Shown here: positions 8,189 to 18,100 of the stretch, one piece after another | Numbering within the stretch: position 1 is the stretch's first letter | Layout of the letters: every line of letters begins with the position of its first letter | Source of the DNA: a virus | Lineage: Duplodnaviria > Caudoviricetes | Virus record (IMG/VR): IMGVR_UViG_3300031450_000007 | Span: 1-45,174 of that record | Strand: one strand, 5' to 3' | Length of the DNA: 45,174 nt | Translations under genes and position numbers: made by a program | The notes under the pieces: generated by a model | The model's database searches: none | What the model was told of the DNA's origin: nothing | Seen by the model: the letters and a program-made list of their open reading frames with translations, nothing else

Positions 8189-9241
8189 CTAGGCCAGGGC
8201 TGCGGCGCGGGCTTGGAAGCGGGCGAGAGAGTTCGGCGTCTGGTCGAAGGTGATGCCGCCCGCGGCGTTGATGTTGAAGTACGACAGGTACAGGGCACCA
8301 GCCTTGGCTGCCCAGTCGAACACGAGATCGATGTATTCGGGGAAGTCGCCGAGGCCCTGCAGGTCGGCCTGGCCAGGCTGCTTCACAGTCATGTTGCCCC
8401 ACTCGCCGAGCGCGACTGGCTTGCCCTGCGCCTTCGCGAACGCCGTGATCCGGTCGAGCTGCGACTGGACGAGGGCCAGCAGGTCAGCTTTCGCCGGGGC
8501 CGTGGTGCCCCACTTGGCGGCGTAGGCGTCGACGGCGACGACATCGACGTGCTGGGCGCCGGGCCAGAACGGGGCGGTGTCAGCGCCGTCGCTGTTCGGG
8601 CAGAACGTGAGCAGCAGCTTCTTAGTCGGCGCCGCCTTGGCGAACCCAGCACGGATAAGCGGGGCGGCGTGCTGCCAGCACTTGACGAACGCAGCCCGGT
8701 CGATGTTGTTCGCGTCGGGGTTCATGTTGAACTCCCACCACAGCCGGGCAGCCGTGGTTGCCGGGCTGACAGCGGCGAGGCCCGCGCCGAGCCCGCGGTA
8801 GGCGTCGTCACGCGTCCCGCTGGCACCCTCGGCGAGCAGGGCGTTCCAGCCGGCCGGTGGCGTGTTGTGCGGGATGAGCGGCACCCCGACATCAGCGATC
8901 CCGTCGGGGTGGGCGGCGACGAACCCTTTCAGGTCATCGCTGAAGGCGAGCCAGCGGGCGCCGGCCACGTCGTCCCAGGTCTCACGGTTCATCCACACAC
9001 CGACTACGTGGGGAGCCACGCTGGGGATGGCAGCGCCGGACCAGCCGACGAGCGGCTTTGCCTTAGGAGCCACGGGGGCCGGAGCAGGCGCAGGAACCGG
9101 AGCCGGCGCAGGGGTCGGCGCAGGGGCCGGAACGGGTGCGGGTGCTGGTGCCGACGCCGATATCGGAGTGAGCGCCGTGAGCCGCCGGTCGATGTCGTTG
9201 AGGATCGCGGTCAGCGTCGTCTTGCTTAGGTCGTACGGCAT
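8189..9241 (-). CDS. Glycoside hydrolase family 26-like protein with N-terminal helix and Pro-Ala linker
   Basis: RLWWEFN (acid/base Glu), WPGAQHVDVVAVDAY, GKPVALGEWG (nucleophile Glu); GAGG RBS before ATG 9241. Confidence 0.82.
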   Translation of the reverse strand: MPYDLSKTTLTAILNDIDRRLTALTPISASAPAPAPVPAPAPTPAPAPVPAPAPAPVAPKAKPLVGWSGAAIPSVAPHVVGVWMNRETWDDVAGARWLAFSDDLKGFVAAHPDGIADVGVPLIPHNTPPAGWNALLAEGASGTRDDAYRGLGAGLAAVSPATTAARLWWEFNMNPDANNIDRAAFVKCWQHAAPLIRAGFAKAAPTKKLLLTFCPNSDGADTAPFWPGAQHVDVVAVDAYAAKWGTTAPAKADLLALVQSQLDRITAFAKAQGKPVALGEWGNMTVKQPGQADLQGLGDFPEYIDLVFDWAAKAGALYLSYFNINAAGGITFDQTPNSLARFQARAAALA

Positions 9242-9246
9242 GTGCT

Positions 9247-9696
9247 TTACACCTCGTGGTAGGCGGTGGCGTACACGGTGCACGCCGCCGAAGCGGTGAG
9301 CCGGACGACGAAAAACCCCGACACCGGCAGGAACAGCTCGCGGCCCAGCGGGTACTGCCACGGCAACGGACCGCCCGGCAGGATGAGCACTTCCTGGTCG
9401 AAGGCGACGAAGCCTGCCGGCTCAGCGGTGTGGTTGACCTTGACCGTGTCGAGGGCGGTGCCCTGCGCCGTCCCGATCCGTCTCGGCGTGACAGCCGTGC
9501 CCGTCCCGGTGGCGGTCGCCGTCCCGAGCTCAACCAGCAGAGACACCGGCGTCGCCGCCGTGACGTACGTCGAAGACACGGCGAGCTGAATCAGCTCGCC
9601 GGGGATATTCGCGCCCTGGCCGATCTCCAGGATCGTCTTCGGGGTCGCCGCCACCAGGTTGACCGGACCCGTCGGGCTCGCGAACTGGACACTCAT
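9247..9696 (-). CDS. Putative structural protein
   Basis: Beta-rich, coupled by ATGA overlap within tail operon. Confidence 0.7.
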   Translation of the reverse strand: MSVQFASPTGPVNLVAATPKTILEIGQGANIPGELIQLAVSSTYVTAATPVSLLVELGTATATGTGTAVTPRRIGTAQGTALDTVKVNHTAEPAGFVAFDQEVLILPGGPLPWQYPLGRELFLPVSGFFVVRLTASAACTVYATAYHEV

Positions 9697-10283
9697 GCCG
9701 CGGCGTCGGCGAGGGCGCCGATCGCGACAGTGATCTGCCCGGAGGTGCCGGTCACGATCCCGCCGATCGTCACCGCCACCCCGGTAGCGGTGGCGGTGGC
9801 TCCGGCGCTCATCGTCGCCGACGTAGGAGACTGCACCGAGAGGATCGTGGTCCCGGCTGGGATACCCGGACCGCCAACGGGCTTGCCGGCATCGCCAGTC
9901 ACGAAGGCGGCGGTAGCGGAGGTTACCGTCGCCGTTGAGTTCGTCGCAGCGTCGGTGACGGCCCGCGCGCCAGCGACAGGGCCACGGCGGCGCAGCGTGC
10001 CCACGGTCGCGGCGTCGATGAAGCCGGCGTGGGTCACCACAGTGCCGGGTGTCACCGAGAAGGTGAGCTGCGCGGTGTTGGCCGACTGCTTGGCGGGGTT
10101 GCCGGACGGGGCGCCCATCGTGACGGCCTGGCGGGCGTAGCCGCCGCCGACCACCTCAACGGCGAGCGAACCGGCGTCGCCCGGGTCGGCGGTGAACAGC
10201 GCCGCGAAGGGCGCCCAGGCGGGGAAGGCGGTGCCGCGCATCACGCCCAGGTAGTTGGCGGCCTCGGCCGTGGTCATCGGCAT
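9693..10283 (-). CDS. Tail fibre-associated structural protein
   Basis: ALFTADPG..EV.GGGYARQAVT motif common in siphophage tail proteins; internal VGGPGIPAGTTILSV segment. Confidence 0.7.
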   Translation of the reverse strand: MPMTTAEAANYLGVMRGTAFPAWAPFAALFTADPGDAGSLAVEVVGGGYARQAVTMGAPSGNPAKQSANTAQLTFSVTPGTVVTHAGFIDAATVGTLRRRGPVAGARAVTDAATNSTATVTSATAAFVTGDAGKPVGGPGIPAGTTILSVQSPTSATMSAGATATATGVAVTIGGIVTGTSGQITVAIGALADAAA

Positions 10284-10342
10284 GCGAAAGGGTCCTTTCC
10301 GAGGACGAGAAAGCGAAGAGAAGCAAATGCAAAAGGGACGCT

Positions 10343-11269
10343 CTAAGGTCCCACGTAGACGCCGCTGAACACCGTCTCCCCGAAGGAGTCGTCGATGTTG
10401 AGCTGGCCGCCCGTATTCTGGAAGATGGTCGCCTGCATCACATCGCCGCGCTGGCAGCGAAATGTCGTCGCCAGCGACATGACGGGGAGGCCCTGGAAGG
10501 CGTTGCCGGAAGGCACCTGCCGAATCCGCACGCCGTTACGCAACTGCCGGACGGCGAGGTGCCTATCCCCTGTGCCGCTAGGTATGTTGAGTCGCGTGGA
10601 AAATGTGGTGAGGTAACGCCCGGGCTGCGCGATTACCGCACCGTTGTTGACGGTGACCCCCAGGGTTCCAATAGAGTCCGAGACGGTCCAGCCCGAGTAG
10701 AGCGTGGTGGTGACGTTCGGCAGCACTTGCCCGTTGCCGCCGGAGACTTCCCACAGCGGCACGTCGCCGAGCGTGTTGAGCATCCGCCGGTCAGCGACGT
10801 TGGTGGTAGCGACCGACGCCTGCCCGGCCGCGACAGTGACCTCGGCTAGTGCGATCGCGCCCAGCGGCACAGCAGGGGCAGGCTGACCAACGGTGCCGCC
10901 GATCACCTCGACTGCGCCGTTGTAACCGACACCGCCATCGGACTGCTTGTCGTGGACGTGCAGAATCACCAGATCGGTACGGGTCCCCGACAGCGGCGGG
11001 ACTGCGATCGGGACGTTGACCACCGTGTCGGACCAGGCCAGGTACATGCCGCCGAGGGCGATCGTGTCGCACAGCACCGTGGCGGTACCGGTCGCCACGT
11101 CGACGGAGAAGTTCGCGCCACCGGCCCGCTGGGAGACGTTGAAGTCGCCGCGCAGCACGACGCCTTCGAGCGGTGCGATGCCTTGGATCAGCCGGCGTAG
11201 CTGCTGCCCCGAATAGGGGATCGCCGGGTCGCCTGGGACGGCTTCCAGCCACATCACCGAGATCGCCAC
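10343..11269 (-). CDS. Minor tail protein with C-terminal C1q/TNF-like domain (receptor-binding candidate)
   Basis: N-terminal SVDVATG, RTDLVILHVHD, ALAEVTVAAG..VADRR; C-terminal PGRY...RGDVMQATIFQ...FSGVYV. Confidence 0.75.
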   Translation of the reverse strand: MAISVMWLEAVPGDPAIPYSGQQLRRLIQGIAPLEGVVLRGDFNVSQRAGGANFSVDVATGTATVLCDTIALGGMYLAWSDTVVNVPIAVPPLSGTRTDLVILHVHDKQSDGGVGYNGAVEVIGGTVGQPAPAVPLGAIALAEVTVAAGQASVATTNVADRRMLNTLGDVPLWEVSGGNGQVLPNVTTTLYSGWTVSDSIGTLGVTVNNGAVIAQPGRYLTTFSTRLNIPSGTGDRHLAVRQLRNGVRIRQVPSGNAFQGLPVMSLATTFRCQRGDVMQATIFQNTGGQLNIDDSFGETVFSGVYVGP

Positions 11270-11281
11270 GGACGTCCTCTC

Positions 11282-12151
11282 TTAGAGATAGCGCGGCCGC
11301 CAGCTCACAACCGCCTGGCACCCGGGTCCCGGAGCGTTCGGGGTGAACACGAGCTGCACCGACGGGGCGGCCGGCAGCCGGAAGAAGCTGCTTGTCGTGA
11401 AGTCGTAGGTGCTCATGCGGGTCTGCGCCGGGTCTCCGTTGAGCAGCGCGGTCTGCGCCGCCAGGTCGACCCGCAGAAAATCCCCGGCGGCCAGCGTCAG
11501 CCCCGGGAAGTAGACCTGGGCGTTGACGTCGACGCAGCGCAGCAGCGGGTCGGCGCACGGCCCGTACATGTCGGCCACCGCCGGGGTGGGGATAGTGCCG
11601 TCGACCCGGACCAGGGTTGCGCCCGGCACCAGGCCGGGTTGCATGACGACAGGTGACGCCAGCGGGCTGGCGATCCCGCCCTGCGCGGCGCCACCGAGCG
11701 GGTTCAGGGTGACGGTGACCGCCTGCGCGGCTTCCAGCACACCCTTAGGGGCACGCCACACTGCCTGCACCTGCACCGGCAGCTTCCCGTTCGACGGGGT
11801 CGTCACCGACTCACCGCGGACGAAGATGCGACGTTCCCCGAGCGGCCAGTCGTCTCGGCGCACGTACAGCCACAGCCGCCGCAGCGGGTGCGCGAGCGCT
11901 CGGATCACGTCAAGGGCAGGGCCGACCGGACCTTGCGCCGCGTCGAGGGTCACCGTCGTGGTGACGAGCCGGGCGCCGTGGAACTTGGTCCGGTCCACCT
12001 CCCCGTCCGCGCCGGCGTGCGAGCTGAAAGCGGCCCGGACTTCGGGGAAGCCGTAATCCAGCCGGTTCAACGTGAACTGGCTGCCGAGCGTGTCCATCCG
12101 CAGCAGCTCAGTCGTCCCGTCGATGTCCACGATCCGGGCGACCGTCGCCAC
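11282..12151 (-). CDS. Distal tail protein (Dit-like)
   Basis: Immediately after tape measure; typical size; YGP..DP, FFRL and WRPRYL ending. Confidence 0.75.
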   Translation of the reverse strand: MATVARIVDIDGTTELLRMDTLGSQFTLNRLDYGFPEVRAAFSSHAGADGEVDRTKFHGARLVTTTVTLDAAQGPVGPALDVIRALAHPLRRLWLYVRRDDWPLGERRIFVRGESVTTPSNGKLPVQVQAVWRAPKGVLEAAQAVTVTLNPLGGAAQGGIASPLASPVVMQPGLVPGATLVRVDGTIPTPAVADMYGPCADPLLRCVDVNAQVYFPGLTLAAGDFLRVDLAAQTALLNGDPAQTRMSTYDFTTSSFFRLPAAPSVQLVFTPNAPGPGCQAVVSWRPRYL

Positions 12152-15100
12152 CTAGAACCCCCCGGCGAGCATCCGAAACTCGGACTTGCGAAGCTCGGCT
12201 TCGTAGTCGAGGCCGCTGGCAACGTGCATGTGCTCGACGTGCTGCAACGAGCCGAAGCGCTGGGGAGCGTCCGCGAGGCGGTGCAGCGCCTCGACGACGG
12301 AATGCAAGTCAGCGCCGTGACCGGTTCCCGGGCCGGCTGCGGGTAGCCGCATCGCCGCGGGCAGGCCAGCACGGTCCGCGCCGACAGCAAGACGCTTGAT
12401 GTCGGCCCACTGCGAATTGGTAAGAACCGCTTCGGGCTTTCCGCTCAAGTTCACGGCCCGTGTCATGCCGGGATGCAGCACTCCGCCGGTGTCGTAGCCG
12501 ACGTAACGGCCGGTGCCGTCGTGACGGCCGCCGCCCATCAGCATCCCGATGCCGTACGTCTTCACCGCGTAGTTGATGCCAGCGGCGACGTTCGCCAACG
12601 GGTCACGGAGGTTCCACGACGTCCCAGGCCAGTGATTCGCCGCGAACGTGCCGGGGATGAGCTGCATCAACCCTTGCGACGGCGTCCCCGCACGAGCGTT
12701 GGAGTTGCCGGTCAAGAAGACATGGTCGCCTTCACGCGCCGTCCACGATCCGAGGTCGGTGGTTACGCACCACACGTCCCCACGACCGACGGCTTCCTTC
12801 TGCAGCGTGGCGCCCGTAACGACAGGGGAATTGGCTCTCACGGTCGCTGTATCCGCCCAGTTCTCAGGCTGGTTGGTACGCCGGTCGGGGCAAGCCCTCG
12901 GACGGCGTCCCGAGAGGTAGACAGCAAGCGTGATGGCGTCGAGGACAGGGCCGACGCTCTGTGAGATGGAGACCTTGCCCCTCCTGTCCACCGACCCCTC
13001 GGCATCGATGACAGCCTCAAGCCAGGCGGCGCGCTGCTCGCTGTTCATGGCGAGTACCTGCACTTCAGCGTCACGCTTGGGGTGACCCGCACGGCGCAGA
13101 AGGTCTTGTGCGTAGCGGTAGTCGAGTCGGAACTGGTGCCGCGGTCCACAGGGCTGCTGCCCAGTCCGAGTCAGCCGGTCGTCGACGTAGTCGGCGTGTG
13201 GGAACTCGGCCATCAAGCGCCGCAGCTTCTCGACCATCTTCGGCTTCGACTGCGCGACGCTCATTGAGGGGCCGTACTTGCGTGTCTCGACGTGACCGTC
13301 GCCTGCGATCCAGCCAAGCAGAGCCGCTTCGGAGACTGAGATGTCGAGCGAGCCGGCGGTGTCTGCTCTAGCCGACAGCAAGAGTCGTGAACGGCTGTGG
13401 ACCTGCTCAGTTGTCGCCCACACCGGCTGCGTGCGGTACTCGGATCGGGTTGACCGCCCCTTCACTCCATGCACCTTTGCCAGGTGGATGCGGAGGCCGC
13501 CGACCATGGTTGCGCCGGTGCGGCGGACGCCCCGCGGCCACTCGCAGAGGGTGCAGGAGTCCGCTAGCGGCTCGACAGGGGTGGCGACGCGTGGTAAGTC
13601 GAGCCAACGGTGATTCGGCGTGGAGGTGACACTCCACCGGCTGTTGTGCATGCGGATGAGGGGTGCGTCAGCGTATTGGATTACGCGCCTGACGGGCGTC
13701 CATTCACTGCAACCGGTCGCGTGGTTGTAACCGATCGTTTCGTCCCCGACTTGAACCTCATCGTGCTTGAGCCACCCGCGCCGCGTAAGGATCATGTCGT
13801 CAACGGTGAGGCAGTCCCAGTTGTTCTGCGCGTTCGGGTTACCACCGGACTCGGACTGGATCAGCCTGAGCACCCCGCCAGCGGCTGACGCCGGCAGGTT
13901 CTCCATCTGCAGCGCCTGGTAGACGACGTTGGCCCAGTTGCCGTTGACTGCAGCCGCGGCGGACACAGTCGGCAGGTGGTCGACCAGCAGCCTCCGCACC
14001 GCTCCCGGCGTCTCCCAGACAGCCTCCTCGCGGACGTGCGACGACGGGTTCGGGTCGTCGATCATCCGACCGGCACCCTCGTAGATCCCCACGTGACCCG
14101 GGCCGGGGATGCCGCCTTCCCCATAGTTGGTGAACACCAGGTCACCGGGTAGGGCGTCCTTGTAGTTGATCGCCTGACCCATCTTGACCAGATCCCACGT
14201 CAGCGGCCGGCCCGGCAGTCGGTGACCAAGGTCGGCCATGACCCGGTCGACCAAACCGGAGCAGTCGGTGCCGGCGCCGCCGTAGGGGTTGCCGCCCAAG
14301 ACGTACTGCTGGCCCAAGTACTTGCGGGCCTGGTTGACGATGTCGGTGCCGTTGCCGACCTGGCTCATGAACCCGCCACCACCGGCCGCAGCCGCTGCAG
14401 CTGCAGCCTGAGCGGCGTTGTAGGCGTCGTCCTTGCCTTGAAGAAGTGCGAGCAGTGCGTCGCCGATGTTGTGGACCTCTTTGCCCATCCACCGGCCCGG
14501 CTCACCCATCCCCCTGAGCCCCCTGTCCGCGGCCCCCTCAATGGTGTGAACGACGGGGGCAGCTACAGCCGACAGCGCACCAAGCGCGAGATGCTTGAGG
14601 TCTTTCAGCAGATCGGTCGGGTGGAGAATGTCGTGGCCGAGCCGGCTGATGCCGCGGCCGATGGTGTCGAGTATTCCGCCGCCTCCGGCGTTGGTCGAAG
14701 CGATCCGTTTGGCGTCGGCGGCCGTGACGAACTGCCTGGCTGCGGCGATCCCGGGGGCGGCGTGTGCGACGTTACTGATGGTGTTGCTCAGGCCCGACAA
14801 GCCGGACAGGTTGGCCCCGGACAGGTTGAAGCCTGCCGGCAGCAGAGGGCCGCCGACCGCGTAATGCCCACCCGCGCCACCGGTACCGGTGAAGCCAAGT
14901 GCCCCCATCAGCGTGTCCGGGCCGCCGAACCGGGCGACGACCGGCTTCGGGACGACCAGCTCGCCGGGAGTGCCGTAGAACGGCACGTCGTCACGGTCGT
15001 GGTTGCCTGGGATAGGCCCCCCGCCGGCGAAGTGCAGCGGCGCGAGGTGCTGCATTCCCGGCTCGTGGAGGATGTCGCCGATGCCGTGGATCAGCGGAAC

Positions 15101-18100
15101 GATGCCCTGGTCGTACGGGACGTCGATCACCCAGCGAATCGGGCCAGCGACAATCTCCTTGACCCGGTCCCAGACGTGACCGACCTTGGTCACGAGGTCG
15201 TCGAAGATGCCCACTACGTCGTCACGCATGTGGCCGAAGAACCCGGTCACGTCATGCCACAAGTTGGACACTAGGCGTGACGCGTCGTGCCAGGTATTGG
15301 TCCAGCCGCGGACGAGCCGATCCCAGAAGGGACGCAGGATATTGTCGAAAACCCAGTTCGCTCCTCTGGTAAAGAAACCGCTCACGTCATCCCACATACG
15401 CGAGACGAAACCGGTTACGTCGTGCCAGGTATTGGTCCAGCCGCGGACGAGCCGGTTGAGGAACGGGCGCAGGATGTTGTCCCAGACCCAGCTCGCGCCA
15501 CGGCTGAAGAACCCCGTGATGTCGTCCCACATTCGGGATACCCATCCGGTCACGTCCCGCCACATCCGGGTGAAGAACCCGGTGACTGTCCGCCAGAGCC
15601 CGCTGGTCGTGTCCGATGTGGTCCGAGCCCCGGACGTGAAAAGGCCGGTCACGTCGCGCCACAATCTCGTGACAAGGCCGGAGACGGTCTGCCAACCCAC
15701 CCGGAAGAACAGGGTCGCGTCCCGCCACAGGCTGGTGACGATGCCGGTAACGGCGAGCGTTCCGACGTGGAAGAACCCGGTGACGTCGGCCCACATTCGC
15801 GACGTGAATGTGGATACGTCGTTCCACATACGTGTGAAGAATGCGCCGATCTGCTTGTGGAAATGCTCGACCACGACAATAACGAGACCGATAGGGCCGG
15901 TGAATAGAACGAGCAGCAGCCGCCAGTGCCTATCGACAAAATCGAGGATGCCGGTGACGACGTTTGATACGTCGGTCTTTATCCGCTCAAAGAACCCTGT
16001 CACGTCGTGCCAGATTCGGGCTGCGAAACCGGCGGTGTCCCTCCAGATGCGCTCAAAGAATCCGGTCACGTCCCGCCATAAGCGAGACGTGAACCCCGAA
16101 ACGTCATGCCACAGGCGCTCAAAGAATCCGGCGACGTCCTTCCAGATGCGCTGCGCGAAAGTAAGTACCGTGTTGAATGCCCCGGCGATGTCGTTTCCCA
16201 TGCGGACGAAGAACCGGCCGACGGCTCCGACAGCTCCGGCGACGTCGCGGAAGCCGATCATCATCCAGTGTCCGAAGTCCTTGGCCCACTGGATGATGTC
16301 GCCGCCCGCGTGGGAGAACCAGCGCCCGAGGGAATCCATGACATCGCGGAACGTCTTTGAGTGCTGGTAGGCGTAGATCATCCCGGCTGCGAGGGCGGCG
16401 ATGCCGACTACTACCAGCATGATCGGGTTCGCGTCCATGACGAGGTTGAAAGCGAGTTGTGCCGCTGCAGCGATCCGGGTCACGACCGTCCACGCCGCGG
16501 TCACTAGCTTCCACGTCGTCATCAGCCCGACGAAAGTGCCGACAGCCACCAGGACCGGCTCGAACCAGCCGCGGTACTGCGACAGCCACCGGCCGACCGG
16601 GGCGAGGGCTTCCGCGAACAAGCCCGCCGCCCGGGCGGCGAGGGTGAACGCGGCGACGAGGGGGGTCAGGAACGCGGCGACGAACGGGCCGAGGATCGGC
16701 AAGAACGCCTGGAAGCCTTCCCGCAGGTTGCGGAAGAACCGCATCACGCCGGGGCCCACCGAGGCCGCCCAGTCGAAAATGCGGTTGATTACTGGGGCCA
16801 TCGCGTCGCCGAACTTGGTCAGGTCATTGCGGATCGCGTTGGTGACTTCACGGATACGGAACGGCAAAGTCCGCTGAGTGATCCCGAAGGCTTCGTTGGC
16901 GCGGCCGACGCCGTCAGTGGCGTGCTCCACCCGGTTCAGGACATGGTTGTACGCCTCCTGCTGGGCGATGGACGTGCCCGTGATGTCACGCAGCGCACGC
17001 ACGTTCGGGAACAGCTGGAGCAGTGCCGCGTTCGATCCGTGGTTCGCCTTCGACCAGGCTTGCGTCCGGTTCGCGATGTCGTTGAGGGTGGCGTTGAGAC
17101 CCTTCTCCTGCATCTCCTTTCGCACGCTGGCGCTGCTTATGCCAACTTCCTTCATCGCTCCGGCGACCATCTTTGACGGGGCGTCCATCCGCCCGAGCGC
17201 CGTAATGACCGACTGCAGCGACGTAGCAGCTTGCGACGAGCTCATGCCGGTCTTCGTCATCGCAGCGATGTTCGCCACGACCTGCGGGAAAGAGACGTGC
17301 AGCGCAGCGGCGACACCCTGCACCCGGCCGAGGGAACGGGCCAGCTCGTCGACCGGCATGTGACCTTCGGTGACACCGGCAACGAGCATGTCCGTCGCGG
17401 CCTTCGCGGTCAGCCCCGTGCTCGAGTAGGCGTTCATCGAGCCGACGAGAAGCTGCGCAACGTCTTTCGTGTTGCCGAGACCCGTCGCGGCGGCGCGGGC
17501 GGTCATAGTCAGCGCATCCATCGCCCGGGAACCTCGCAGGCCACCGGACTCGATGAAGTACAGGGCGTCGGCTAGTTCTTTCGGTGCCCGTGCCGTAGAC
17601 CCGGACAGGTTCAGCACGTCCACACGGATCTTCTTGAAGTTCTCCCCGGACGAGTCGGTGAGTGCCTGCACCTTGGTCATCTCGCGGGTGTAGTCGGCGC
17701 TCATCTTCACGCCCTCGTACACGGCGCCAGCAAAAGCGAGGCCGAGGCCGAGGACGCCGAGCTTGGCGACTTGCAGGTAGCGGCCGAGGCGGCCTGCGTG
17801 CTCGCCGAGCAGGCTGTAGGACTCGGCGCCGACCCTGCCGAGCGCCCCCGTCTCAGCGCCTAGCGCCCGCGTCTCAGCGGCAACCTCGGCGACCTTGCGC
17901 TTCGCGGGTGCGGTGTCGGCGGTGACCCGGATGACCGCTTCGACACCAGCCGAAGCCCTCATGACGGCTGCGGTCAGCCGCTCACGAAAGCCAGCCATCT
18001 CCAGCTTGGGCTTGACCAGAAACTCGCCACCCGCTAGGGCAGTCTTCGCCCTGACTTCCTCCCGGAAGCCCACCATGTCCAACTTCGGCTTGACCAGGAA

